Source: Psilocybe cubensis (taxonomy: Eukaryota). Taken from it: a DNA stretch of 64,000 nucleotides. The notes beneath the pieces were generated by a model. It was not told the DNA's origin. It did no database searches and worked only from the letters and a program-made list of their open reading frames with translations. Numbering within the stretch: the first letter of the stretch is position 1; each line of letters opens with the position of its first letter. This document shows, piece after piece, positions 49,337 to 63,100 of the stretch. The position numbers and the translations under genes are program-made. Location of the stretch: the NCBI GenBank assembly GCA_017499595.2, contig CM039000.1:2418001-2482000 (forward strand), written 5' to 3'.

Positions 49337-52300
49337 ATGACTTCAAGGCAAGTCTTTCCTCGAGTTTCTCTCAATACACTTTCAAACTCTGCACTATAGG
49401 TTGGACAGGCTCCTCCTACTATTAGATACAGGCTCCAGTCCCTCAGTGAGGAACACCGCCGCAAAGCAGCTCGCTCAGTTAGCCGTAAAGAGCGTCATCA
49501 GTGATGTTACCATTGTAGAGGACGACATTAAGGCGGGCACAAGCCGCCATCAGATACCCCTAAACGATAGCCCTGCGTGGGCAGAGCTCCTGGCTGTTGT
49601 TGCAAGAGTGCGTGTCCGACGTGATTTACTGTATTTCGACAGCCCACATTGACTTGTGCGTAGATAATTCCATTTTTGCATTCAAAATCCTACGAATCTC
49701 GCACCGCCGCGTCCGTCGCTCTTTCCCAGATCTTTTCCCTGGTTCCTGTATGGGAACCATCGTGTACCAGTGACGAGAAAAAAAAACCAGAGTCGGTACC
49801 TCTGACTGCCCCTGATTTTCCCAATTTCTCTGTCAAGGAGTTAATCCTTCAAGGAAATCTACTTCTTGCCTCGTCGGGTAAAGAATTCGTAAAACCGGCT
49901 GGTATATTGTCAAGTAGTCTGGAAGTCAAAAAGGCAAAAAAAGATGCGATGGCGCGTTTAGGACTGGAGTTTCTTGAAGATGAGATGGATTTAGAAAAAG
50001 AATTTGCAGCAGAAATGGACGTTGATACTGAAGATCCAGTCACTACGAACTCGAACGACGCCACAATGGTTCCAAATGCCGGAGAATCTGCTCTTTCTTC
50101 ACCAATGGATATATGCCCCCCGGAAGCAGCCTCTGCCAAAGATCCCTCTCCCTCTACACGCTCGGTTACTCCCACTATTCCATCTCCATCCACCCCAAAT
50201 ATTCCTGAGTTGGATACTTCTGCCCTATCTGCCCGCGAACGAAATCGTCTGAAGCGGAAGCGGAAACCAGGCAATTCTGCTTTCGTTGCTCCACCTCCGC
50301 AAACATCAGGTTCTCGTTATGCCGCAGCGGCCAGCGGAACATCGAACAAGTAGGCTTCCTCCCATTGTAATTGTCTCGATAACAACTAACTTTCACAATG
50401 TTCAGGGCACGCCTCATCAATGCAGAAGAAAAGACTGCGCCAAACTCTCGTTTATCCAGTCCGAGCTTGGGTGTTGCGGCAGATAAAGTTGTTATTGACC
50501 CTTCGAAAGGAGGAGCAATCTCCCCGAAGTCTGCTAAACAGTCAAAAGCGCTTGAAGTAGAAAATGGCGTATGGATATGGGATGGCGTAGCCAAAGTTCT
50601 AGAGGTAGACCTATTTAGTGCGTCTTGGGAGGTTCGTCATGGCGCTGCAATGGCTCTACGTGAATTACTTAAGCTGCAAGGGAAATGCGGCGGTATGCGC
50701 AGTCAGTTTGGTTATCTTGCTTCTCACTTTTGTATTGCTAATATCCAGATAGATGACCTTTCGCAGGAAGAAAATGGAATAGCTCATGAAAAGTGGTGCA
50801 ATGACCTTGCTGCCAAATTTCTTTGCATATTCGTCCTAGACAGATTTAGTGATTTTGTCTCCGATCAAGTTCGTATGGAAAATCATATTATTGTGAAATT
50901 TCATTGACTTGGTCAACAGGTGGTTGCTCCTGTCCGAGAAACAGTGTCGCAAACTTTAGCCTCACTCCTAATCCATATGCCTCATCGCTCTCTTCTCCAT
51001 GTTCATTCCGTTCTACTGCAAATGATTCGTCAGAATTTTGTAATTGACGATGACAATAAAGTATCTAAAGACGCTGACAGACAGCACATCTGGGAAGTCC
51101 GTCATGCTGGCCTGCTTGGGATCAAGTACGAAGTTGCTGTCCGCAGCGATTTGTTTGACGAGCCTTTTGTCAAAAGCGAAGACGAGGCTGAGTTGGTTGG
51201 CGGGAAGGGAATACTACGAGGTGTGGTTGAGGCAGCAATTCTTGGGTACGTTTCTCATTTCCTTTCAAGGTGTCATTTATTAATGTATACAACTTAAAGC
51301 CTTGGAGATCGTGATGATGATGTCAGATCGGTTGCAGCATCGTGTTTATTACCAGTTGCTGAACATATCGTTCAGCAGCTCCCCGAATCACTGGAGGATA
51401 TCATGATCGTCCTGTGGCGATGCCTCTGCGAAATGAAAGATGATCTTAGTTCAAGTGTGGGGGTTGTTATGGATTTACTCGGTTAGGGGCATTCTCCTTT
51501 GAGTCGATTCGTTCTTCTCAACGTTCTTCTAGGCAAACTCGTAGCATACAAGCAAGTTATTGATATACTGGCCCAAGAAAATGTTTCGTAGGTCCGACCC
51601 TTCTTATAATCGGACGCCACTGATTAGTTCTTAGACTTCCTCTTTCGACACTAGCCCAAACTCTCTTTCCCTTCTTCCGTCATACGATTCCCAATGTGCG
51701 GTTAGCCGTGGTGAAAACACTTGATTCATTCATGGTGGTATCTTCTCTTCCAAAAGATTGGGTTGCAACGCCATTTATGTGCCTATTGTTCCAAAATATG
51801 ATATGCGAGGAACGAGAAGATATCCGCGACGCTAGTATATCAGCCTGGCAAACAGCTTTAACTATCTTAGCTGACTGTCCTGGAAGGATGGAGAATGTAG
51901 TCACTCAGAAACTGATTTTGGATTGGTATTCAGTCATGATGACCCCCCTTGGAGGTGCCATTGATGTATCATCGTTTTACAATCCTTCCCCTAGCCAAGA
52001 TGGCGCTGTCGCTCCCGAACGTCATAACGTGGATAAAAACATGCTGACACAAGATTTATCTCTTATCACAATCGAAGTCACACTGAAGGCAAGAATCGCA
52101 TCTGCAACTGCCCTTGCATACCTGATGAACTTCTGGCCAGTGAAGGTATGCTATTTTCTGCGTCTATATCAACATACTCACATCACAACTTAGCAGAGTC
52201 CAATAGACCAAACTTTCGGGCCTATTCTTTTGCATTATATCGAATCTTCCAGCATGCTGCAACGTTTTCTGTCCGCGATTGTCGCAGAAGAATGGGCAAG

Positions 52301-55300
52301 GAAGTACACGGAAAAACCCAAATCCGAAACATCACGACCACTTCTTCTCGAAATATCAATGGCAAAGGAAATAACTCATAAGACTCTTGCCTGGCTTCAA
52401 GGCAATCCTCCTTTAGTTTACTATGAGATGGCCTTTGCGCTAAGTCGCATCCACTCGGACTGTTCGGCTTTACTTCAAATGTTCTCTACCGATTGCAAAC
52501 TACCTATGTCAAGTATCCCTTCTTTGGGCCGAGAAGTTGACGTTTCGGGGTCAAATACATCCCGCGACTCTTTTACGATCAACAAGGCTCATGAAGCCAT
52601 TGGGCCGATTTACACGCAACTGAAAGACCGTCTTGGAAGAACCCGAAAAAAAGAGCTTTTGGCTATGGGCGAAAAGCGACAAGCTATCGTGGCTAACATC
52701 GAGCGATACAACGAGGTGAAAATCCAACATGATATACGGGTTTCTGCAGCATTTGCTTCTGCATTCGTCGCTTTCAAAAGTGTTCCCGATAAGGTCAGCC
52801 CAGTAGTGAAAGGTATCATGAATGGTATCAAGGTACGTGTTTGCGTGTCCTCGAAATGGGAATATCATTGTCATGAATACTTTAATACAATAGAACGAAG
52901 AGAATCCGGATTTACAGAAACGATCGGCTGTCGCTGTGGCATCTTTTGTGGAATTCTGTGTAGAGAACAAAATTTCACAACCACCTGACAAGATCGTGAA
53001 GAATTTGTGCACCTTCCTTTGCCAGGATGTTGAACAGACACCAACGTTTGCATATAACTGCAAAACCATTGATGCCATTTTGTCATTCCAAATTTCGAAT
53101 GTATCTGCATCCACCAAGTCCGGTAAAGATTTGGGCGGTGAAAAGGATCGACAAGACTCTGAAAAGCAGCAAGAAGCCAAGAAAGCTCGACTAGCTAGAC
53201 GAGGAGCTGGACTAGCTTTCCAACAGTTATCTTTGAAGTTTGGCTCTCAGTTGTTGAAGGCAATTCCGAACATGTGGCAATCAATGGCTGGCGGACTGTT
53301 AAGTGCTTGCCAGACAGGTGCGTTGTGAGGTTTGTCTACGGTGCATTTTTGATCATGCAGCTATTATTTCAGAATCCCCCAAAGAATCCGACCTCTTGAT
53401 AGAAAAACAGCACGGTCAAGACGTCATTGATTCTCTGAGCGTTCTTGAAGATGTCATACCTACATTTCATGAAGAGCTCTGGCCAAACCTTCATGCCCTC
53501 TTCCCCATGATTGATCTCCTCCTGCAGAGCCGTTTTGCCATTATCAGACAGGCTGCTGCCCGTTGCTTCGCTACCATATGTGACTTGATGACTCCGGAGG
53601 CGATGCTCTATGTGATTGAGAAGATTATTCCACTCCTGCAAGATCCATTGGTATTGACGAATCGACAAGGTGCAACAGAATTAATTTATCGTCAGTGCTG
53701 CACATCTCTTTCCATTAGCGCATTAAATCCACGGTTTCTTAGATATTGTGAATCACCTTGACATCAAAGCTCTACCATACGTTATTTTTATGGTGGTTCC
53801 TGTACTTGGAAGAATGAGCGATCAAAATGAAGCTATTCGATCTACAGCGACCAATGTCTTTGCTTCATTGGTAAAAATGGTGCCGTTAGAGGTGTGTGGA
53901 ATGGCCTAGCGCTCAATATAACTGACTTCATGTATCCCAACAAGGCTGGATTACCCGATCCACCTGGATTCCCGGAAGAACTTCTCAAACGCCGTGATAC
54001 AGAGCGAGAATTTCTTGGCCAACTACTGGATGGTTCTAAAGTCGAGCAATACAATATACCGGTGCCAATTAAAGCGGAATTGAGGAAGTACCAACAAGAC
54101 GGTGTTAACTGGTTGGCATTCCTCGCGAAATATCAGCTTCACGGTATTCTTTGCGATGGTAATACAATATTCACAACTTGGTTGTTATTTTCTTACTTAC
54201 AACTGATAGATATGGGCCTCGGTAAAACCCTCCAATCAATTTGCATTTTGGCCAGCAAACATTTCGAAAGGGCTCAAAAATACAAGAACACCAAATCTCC
54301 CGACGCTGTACACCTACCGTCTCTCATTGTCTGTCCACCTACATTGACAGGACATTGGTACTATGAAATCCAAAAATATACCGATGGATTGCGTCCTATT
54401 TTGTACACCGGAAACTCAAGAGAACGGGCACGCCTGCTCGCAAAATTGCCGTCGTATGATGTTGTAGTCACCTCCTATGAAGTGGTACGCAACGATATTG
54501 CCAACCTTGAAAACATGAAATGGCTCTATTGTATCTTGGACGAAGGTCACGTAATCAAAAACTCTAAAACAAAATTAACAAAAGCTGTTAAAAACGTTCA
54601 AGCTCAACATCGCCTAATCTTATCTGGGACCCCCATCCAAAATAACGTGCTTGAGTTGTGGAGTTTATTCGACTTCCTCATGCCTGGATTTCTTGGTACA
54701 GAAACTTCATTTAACGAACGCTTTGGCAAACCTATCCTTTCGAATAGAGATGGAAAATCGAAAAATGGAGAAGCAGGTGTGTAGGATCAGTCCACTCACC
54801 CTTAACAACACTCTTATTATTTGCAACAGCTGCGTTGGCTTTGGAAGCACTTCATAAACAAGTGCTTCCATTTTTGTTGCGTCGGTTGAAAGAAGATGTT
54901 CTCAATGACCTTCCTCCAAAAATCATTCAAGACTATTATTGTGACCTGTCTGAGTTGCAGAAAACTCTCTATGATGACTTCGCCAAATCAAAAGCCGGTA
55001 CTTCCGCGGAGAGCACTGTTAGCGCTCAGAACAGTGGATCTGAGCCCGCTCAGCAACATATCTTCCAGTCCCTGCAATACCTGCGGAAGTTATGCAATCA
55101 TCCTGCTCTTGTCCTCAAAGATAACAAAGAGGTTATTGATTCAGTATTCAGTCAAATTGGGGTTCCACATGGTTCCAGTGATCTTAAAGATATAACACAT
55201 GCACCCAAACTTTTAGCATTAAGGTGCGGCACGACTTTTTTTATCCAATCATTTGCTTAGATTAACTCTCCTAGACAACTGCTGGTGGATTGCGGCATTG

Positions 55301-56068
55301 GAAGCGCCCCGACCATTAATACAGATAATCAGAAAACTGAACTCATCGATACGAGCTCCGAAAATCAGAGCTCTTTTTCTCAACATCGGGTTCTCATATT
55401 TTGTCAAATGAAGCAAATGCTCGATATTATTGAAGCGGACTTGTTCAAGGCTCATATGCCATCAGTAACATATATGCGGCTAGATGGAAGCACCGACGCG
55501 AGTAAACGCCATGCAATAGTGCAAACTTTCAACTCAGACCCAAGTATCGATTGCCTACTTTTAACTACCCATGTTGGGGGTTTGGGATTGACTTTGACCG
55601 GAGCGGATACTGTCATCTTCGTTGAGCACGATTGGAATCCAATGAAAGATCTACAAGCCATGGATCGAGCACACAGAATAGGTCAGAAAAAGGTGGTCAA
55701 TGTTTACCGATTGATTACCAAAGGCACCCTTGAAGAAAAGATCATGGGGTTAGTTGATTTTATATGATTCACAATGCGTGAAGCTAATTCAAAGTCATAG
55801 ATTGCAACGATTTAAACTTAATATAGCAAATTCTGTTGTCACCCAGCAAAATTCGCAATTGGCGTCAATGGACACCGATCTCGTTTTAGATCTGTTCCGT
55901 CGCACCAGTGAAGAGGAAGATGCAATCGCCGCTGCGAAGGCCAAGGCCAAAGAACAGTCTGGCCCGGCTACACAAAAGAGTATATTGCAGGGTCTGGAGG
56001 ACCTTCCAGCAGAGGACGAGTACGAAGGTTTAGATCTGTCAAGTTTCATGGGTTCCCTTGGTCGTTGA
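49337..56068 (+). CDS. MOT1: TBP-associated Snf2-family ATPase Mot1/BTAF1
   Basis: MTSR|LDRLLLLLDTGS, WEVRHGAA, LDRFSDFVSDQ|VVAPVRET, LRKYQQDGVNWL, LCD|DMGLGKTLQ, LDEGH, LSGTPIQNN, LLLTTHVGGLGL, DWNPMKDLQAMDRAHRIGQKK. Confidence 0.97.
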
Positions 56069-56194
56069 GCTGTACAAATAATTATTGTTATTTTTTAATA
56101 CACTGAAGTCTGCTATAAATTCGTACTGTACATCATTATGTATTTTTTGGGAAGTAATAGTCATTCATGGTTAGACATGTACGATATTTCGCAA

Positions 56195-57352
56195 TTAATA
56201 AAGTAAGTAGGGTCTTCTGTTCTTCGAGTCTGGTAGGTCTCGATGCCAAAGACGAGGAAACAAATATGCCAACAAGAGAACCACCACCCCAATCGTCACT
56301 CCAAGTGAAATGCCAATAACATCGCTTGTCCGCAATGTTCCCCTGCCTGAAGTATGTGTAGGTGGAAGAGTAGGTGCACTGCCATTGATGCCGTTTGAAG
56401 GGAGACATCGAAGATCAGGGCCACGAGAGACAAAAAATGTTGCCGACTGTGCAAATATGTCTAGGCTAGCTCCCGCATCATATGCTTTCACCAAGTACCA
56501 TCCTTCGTCGACATCCACCGGGAACCATAGATAACGGTCCGCATAGGAAGATGTGTTATTTGTAAGTATGTGGGTTATTTGTGGGCCATTTGTAGTTCCA
56601 GGGTCATTTAAGATTGTCTGGTTTTGCACGACCAAGGTCATAGGTACTACGGCCTGGCCACCATGGACCCATGACAATTGCAAGGTGCCACACGTAGTTA
56701 CATTCTGCGGATCATTGAACATAATTTGTTGATTCGATTTTTTTGGCGGAAGCAAGGTAGCAGCTGTAACAGCTGTTGGACTGGCAACAATAATAGTTGA
56801 AGTTGGTGAAGGTATGCCATGAGGTGCCGTTGTCAGAGATGCGGAAGGGGAACCTCGATGCGAGGCCCCCATACTTCGAGGAGTTGAGCCGCTCATGTTT
56901 TGCTCCGGCTTTCCTGGGCCACTATTTCCAGGCTTACCCACATTGTCGTCGTCCGAATGATGTTTCATTCGTAACTTTGAGGCGTACACAGAAGCGACAT
57001 TTTGAGTGAATGGTTTTACAGGTTGCATATGGGCCAATGTTTGGTTATCTGTGATGTTGTATGAAGAACGATTTAGGACGTCCTAGCGTTATACCGTCAG
57101 ACAGAGAAATTCGCAATTATATACCGGTTTAGTTGTGTCCATTTATAACGCATTTGAAACATCAGGAGTGGGCGGGAGACTGTGGGAGGAGGTTTGAATA
57201 GGATACTGTGCCCACCTCCTCGGTATGCGTTGGCGAAATAAAGGTAAAAAAAATCCGATTGCTTGTTCGACGAGACCGTCATTCGAGCCAAGATAATCCC
57301 ACGACATGTCGGCATATTCAGCTACAAAAAGCAGCCACAAGAGCAGTCGCAT
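56195..57352 (-). CDS. Single-pass membrane/cell-surface protein with Ser/Thr/Pro-rich stalk (5' end uncertain)
   Basis: 280-aa ORF with Ser/Thr-rich stretch, a beta-rich domain (NVTTCGTLQLSW..YLWFPVDVDEGWY..SATFFV..G.D..CL), TM helix VIGISLGVTIGVVVLLLAYLF and short cytosolic tail; splice acceptor at 57083-57085. Confidence 0.65.
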
Positions 57353-57685
57353 ATGACCTTCATTTTTCGACCAACTTCCCAAACCAATGCCATGGTATCG
57401 AAATCAAAGACAAGTTTTCAAGAGAAACAATATGGGTGCGAGGGCATACGCTGAAGGTATGATGTTACCACAAGAGAGAAGATGAATGGAATGCGGGTGT
57501 TATACCAAACTTTTGGTTGAAGTATCCCGAGTTGAAGGGATGTATGATACATTTATATAATTCGACATGGTATTCTCACAGGACGATGAGCAATCTGTGC
57601 TAAAATAGTGAAAGCATGAGAATACAAAATGTGGCGAAATAGTGGTAATGAAAGGGTGATAGCGACAGTATCATGCACTGTCAAA

Positions 57686-60263
57686 CTACTTAACTTCGGA
57701 CAGAGAATTTCGAGATCCTTTGGGAACTGCTTGTAATAACCTTTCAATCTCCTGGCGAATCTCTAAAAGATTGACCTTGAGGGTCTTTACGTCTTCAAAC
57801 TTGCGCTGCGTTTGTGCCTCTTCTACAAATGATTCGAGTAAGGCTTCTTGTTCCAATAAAGGTTGAAGTTTCTGAGCAAGAGCAGCGTCGACGTCGGCGG
57901 ACATAGTCGATGGTGTGTTCATGACGCCATCATTCTGAGAATTTGGTGTACCAGCACCTTTACCAGAATGTGGCGTTGGCAATGACTAAGGGATTATGGA
58001 TTAATTCCTTCAAGTGGGCGAAGTCATTGTAAAAACTACCTGGAGGGGGAACATGTTTTTTTGAAGAAAAAGATTGGCGCGGGTTAAAATAGCAGCTTGC
58101 ACGCGATCCTGAGAGCTTCCTGGGCCGTTAGGACAAGGCAAGCCTCTGATCTTTTTCGATAGCTTGTCGTACTGAGCGAAGGAATCCAATAAACGCTTTC
58201 GAGCAGCGGATGCTTCCTTAGTCGGCTGGTCATGGTGACTATTATAATGTCAAAAAGACACCAAAAAACAGCTTCGAACAGACATACTTCAAGCTCATGA
58301 TCAGTTCTTGGAACTTCGGAAGTGACTCTTCTATAGCAGACTCAAGGCGAATAAAATCCTGCCAAGAAATGAATAAATAATAGCTGCAATGTCTTAACAG
58401 CAGAAGTACCGTGTAAAGCAAGGCAAATGGGGGAGTGATACGTGTTTGCTGATAATACTGTTGCTTACTAACGAACAACAAGAGTCAGAAAGTATACTTC
58501 AGGAAAGAAAAGGTACTTACAGAAGGACAGGCCGGCACTCGCGACAAATGCGGACACCTTTGAGAAATTTATCCTCCTCTATTTGCCTTCCTTGGTTCCC
58601 AGAGATGCTATCTGTTCTACGCCTTCTTACGCCATAATCAACACCTTCCCCGACCTCTTCGATTTGGTGTGTCTCAGAGTCCACTACAAAAAGGCTTGAA
58701 CAAAGAACTTTTCTCTGGTGTAGCTTGATTGGCAAGGAGCATACTATTTGGCCGCAAAGTCTGCAGTGGTGCTTGCGGTTTGTAAGAGCATGAAATAGGG
58801 CACTGTGAGTAGATTTATAAGAGCTCAAATTTTTAAGAATGACAAATGACCCACGAGCACAATGGACACTTGCTAACAGCTGCATCGTCTTGCCAAGGGG
58901 TTATGCGTTGTTCAGCGGCTACAGATCTCTTTTAACCCAGGATTTACAAAAATATATAATTAGAGATGCAGACCTCGGATATCATTTCTGACCGGGTCTC
59001 CTAAACTCCCACTTACTACACCTCTCCAAAGATCGCCAGCGTCATTAATATTCAAATTTCGCAAAGTTTGGAAGTCAAAAAATGATGAAGCTCTGCGCGC
59101 CTCCTTCGACGATCGTAAGACCGGCCGTTTGTCGGGCTGAAGACTCTCTTTTGTTCCATCTTCAAATGTATGGCGAGGGAAATGCAAGTCAATAAGTTTC
59201 TCAAGGCGCCTTTCCAATTTTGTTCGTTCCACCCGCTTCATGCCTCCCTCCCCATCCCCCTCGTGCAGGGTTCTTCGAATAGCGAGAAACTCGTCGGTGA
59301 GTGGCCTGTAAACGCCTTTTGGCTGAAAACCAGGACGATACGGAGCTGGTTTCCTAGTCGGCAAAGGGGAGGAATTCCCAGAGATATTCAGAATTAAACC
59401 TTCATTATCAGGCGCCGTAGAGGTGGACGTAGTCCGCAGTATAGCAGATCTATCTTGAGAAGATGCCTGACCAAACGAAGTATATGATTGCTGGCTTACG
59501 AGGGAGGTGCTCCGCTCAGCAATAGGAGGGGGAGAGATTGAAGGCAGTGGATGTATTAAGGCCGTCGGTGTTGATATCACGGGTAGCGACGTTGTAGGTG
59601 CAGGTGCAGGAGGGCGGTTATCCGCATTGCCCTGTACTTTGTGAAGAACAGGAGCCGGTGATGACGATGAACTTTCTCTAGAATGTGTCGCTGACAGCTT
59701 AGGGCGAGTGCTTTTAGGTTGCACGCGTCTAAATGTCGAACCCTTCTTCGGTACAGATTGAGAATTAGATGGACCTGGTGAAGGTGTGGATATTTTAGGG
59801 GCTTGATGTGCGACCACCACCTTGGACTGCGGGGTAGCCTGCAATTCAACGGAAGTCTGTGGTTCAGTGGGATTACTTGACAAGAAACCAGAGGACAAGG
59901 AAGACACAGATTCTAGTCCATGCTGAGTGGATATGGTATGACTGTTGTGGGTTTGTTGCGGCACTAAAAGGGATGTGGGGGAAACATGCCGCGTTGATTC
60001 GTGAATTTGCTCGCTCTCGCCGTCAAGAACCAGCTTTGGGGGAAGAGTCAAGGTGTCAACTGCACTACTTGGAGGCCTAGATACTGGAGGGGGAGATTGG
60101 TTTGGCGTTAAATGGGCAGTCGAACTAGATAGTGTGTGTGAATGCCTCTTTGACTAATGGCAGAAGAATAAGATAAAAATTTTACGACAAGTACGGGGCA
60201 GACCTTGTATGCTTGGTAAGGAACATAGGCAACGCTAACAGGAGGAGAAGACGGAGTGGACAT
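57686..60263 (-). CDS. PEP7: FYVE-domain Rab5 effector Pep7/Vac1 (rabenosyn-5)
   Basis: First exon MSTPSS..YQAYK|SKRHS; LERRLEKLI; EQRITPWQDD..CPLC; RKHHCRLCGQIVC FYVE motif; C-terminal LLEQ..LESFVEEA..RKFEDVKTLK.NL Rab-binding domain. Confidence 0.9.
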
Positions 60264-60331
60264 GACTTGGAGGAAGAGAAGCAAGGGTGGTTGTGGTCGC
60301 GGTGCGGCACCGCTTCTTGATCTGAACTGTC

Positions 60332-61612
60332 ATGTCCGCCATATCTGGAATCACCGTCTCTCCAGAGCTCGCCTCAACCTTCGCAAATGCTGTACAATCG
60401 GGCTCGACGCGCTTTATCAAGATATTGATTCAAAACGGTCTATGCTTCGACGTCCTTGATCTCCAGATGTTCTTACCGTTCTCCGTATCACAGAATCTTT
60501 GGTTCATGATATCTCAATTCCGATCGACGGTTCGTTCGAACAAGATTTAAGACTGCTTCAAAGGGATGCGGTACTGCCAACAGACTCTCCTGCATATATA
60601 CTTGCCAAATTAGACGCCCCATCGTCGGATTGGATATCTATCTATTATGTCCCGGACACTGCCCAAGTCCGTGAAAAGGTATTCTCATCCCGTCTGACGG
60701 TATCCGTAGTGCAAGTTATAAAAATTCCTTCTCAGATGCTTTATGCCTCTACGCGTTTCTCTCTTCTCAAGTCTTTGGGTTCCTCTCTATTCACAGATTC
60801 CATCTTTGCGACATCCAAAGAAGACCTCACTGAGGAAGCATACGCTTCTCACCTGCGTCATGCCGCTGCTCCTAACCCCCTATCCAAACGCGAGCAGGAA
60901 TTAGCCGATCTGCGCATGACTGAGAATCAAACAGCTACATATGAAGGCAATCGGGCGAGGGCTAGTCATATTGGATCAGGGGTGGGGCTCAATTGGTCCG
61001 AAGAGGCGGAAAATGCTATCATGAATTTAGGCGAAGCAACTGAAAGCCAACTAGTCATTATTGTACGCCTTTACCTCTTAGAATCGTCATTGTTTTAAGA
61101 GCGCTGATAAATCTTCCGACAGACGATCGACCCGAAGACGGAGACTCTTGCACTACACTTCTCTGGAGACATAGAACCTGATTCCCTGAACACATTAATC
61201 CCTTCATCTGAGCCATGTTATGCTTTGTTTTGTTGGTCAATTTCTGCTCAGGATGATAGACGTGAAATCGGTGGGCGTTTTATGCTTCCTTCTCCTGTTA
61301 TTTCTATATTTTTTAACAACAGGATTATTAGTCTTTATTTATTCCTGCCCGTCTCAGTCACCCGTCAAAAATCGAATGATTTACTCTTCTGGGTCTGCGT
61401 CAACATTCGAAGCTGCAAAGGGCATTCTGACTTCGCTTTCTCCTTCCACCACCATTGCTTCTCGGAAGATCGAAACCTCAGATCCTACAGAGTTGACTCT
61501 GGCTTATATCAAAGAAGAACTTGGATTGTCTCAGGTTGAACAACCTCCGCAGTCCAAAATCCAAACATCTAAGGGCTTTGCCAAACCCAGAGGGCCTCCC
61601 AGGCGGCGATAA
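60332..61612 (+). CDS. TWF1: Twinfilin (two ADF-H domains, actin monomer/capping-protein binding)
   Basis: MSAISGI, YVPDTAQVREK|MLYASTR, FIYSCPSQSPVKNRMIYSS, terminal GFAKPRGPPRRR* tail. Confidence 0.94.
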
Positions 61613-61923
61613 TTGAACAATCTAATTATCCTTTCGTTATCCTTGGGGAACACAGACGGATTGGTTATGACATTGCATTTGTGCTCTGGTAGTAACATAT
61701 GTACTCATTTTCTGTAATATCATATTCAATAACGTTGGTGGATGATGGTTGTTAAACAGACAAAATGCTGAACAAATCTGGATAGTAGGTGTATGTAGGT
61801 GCCATACACTCCGGTCGGTACGGACCGCTATCGTGACTCGAAAGTATTAACGGCATCTTCAGATTTTTACTACCTACTCAGCACCTACCTACCTTTCCGT
61901 CCCTCGCTCTAATCACCTCACAC

Positions 61924-62978
61924 ATGTCTTCTGCAAAGTCTGGTGTTGCTGTTTATTGTGGTTCTTCAACCGGTAAATGTAAGGCATTCGCCACGGCGGC
62001 TAGATGTTAGTACCTCACGCAGGATTTGTTACATTATCATCGTTTTTTAGTGTGACTGACGCCAATCGATGCTGTGCGTCTTATTAGCTCTTGGTCTTGC
62101 TCTAGCGAAGCATGATCGTCTCCTGGTGTACGGAGGAGGGTCCAAAGGCATTATGGGTGTAGTTTCTGGCGCAGTTTTAGAAGGGGGTGGCAAGGTGCTC
62201 GGCGTCATCCCTCATGCCATGGTTGCTGCAGGCGGCGAGGATGAGAAAGTCCAAAGTACAACTAAAGTCTATCTTAACGAAGCTGGACGAGAAAAGGTAC
62301 TTACAGAGGGATGATTGTGGAGATTTTAGAAACATAAATGATTGAGCTGATGTTTATTCAACTCAGGTTGAAAATGTAAGCAGCGTCGCATTCACCGATG
62401 TGATCTTGATTGTATTGAGAATAACATTATGTTCGGTGTAGATCGTTGTGGAAACCATGCACGAACGTAAGGTGGAAATGGCTCAACGTGCTGATGGTTT
62501 TGTCGGCTTACCGGGGGGATTTGGTACATTCGAAGAGGTAGCGTGCATTTCAAAATTGCTTCGAGCTCTCTGTTTTTGAAAATTTTTCTGCATTCTAACG
62601 AATTTTTGCCTCAGGTATTGGAGGTCACCACCTGGTCTCAATTAGGGATTCACGATAAACGTGAGTGTTTTGTGATCTTTTGGCAATTGTCCGTGTTGTC
62701 TAATGCAGCTCTATTATATGGCAGCTGTCGTCTTAATCAATGTCCTTTCCTTTTGGGAACCATTACGCACACTCATCAAAAGCAGTATAGACGCTGGATT
62801 TATAAAACCCTCAAGTGAAAGGTTGATCCAATTCATCGATGGTCCAGAAAACCACGAAGAACACGAATCTTTTGATTGGGGTACAGCGGCGATAGAGGCC
62901 CTAGACAACTGGGAGAAAGGGCGTGGCGATCCTCTTTTTGTGTGGTCAGGTGAAAGGACCACATACACCCGCACCTAA
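61924..62978 (+). CDS. LOG1: LONELY GUY family nucleotide 5'-monophosphate phosphoribohydrolase (cytokinin-activating type)
   Basis: [58 protein letters not shown]. Confidence 0.93.
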
Positions 62979-63100
62979 AAACAAGGAATCATGCAGTTTT
63001 CACATTTTTTTGAATTTGTGTAGATTTGACAACGAGATCTTATCAACGCAATATATAAATGTATCGACTGCTTACTCGTTTTGGTAAGAAAGAAAAGCTT

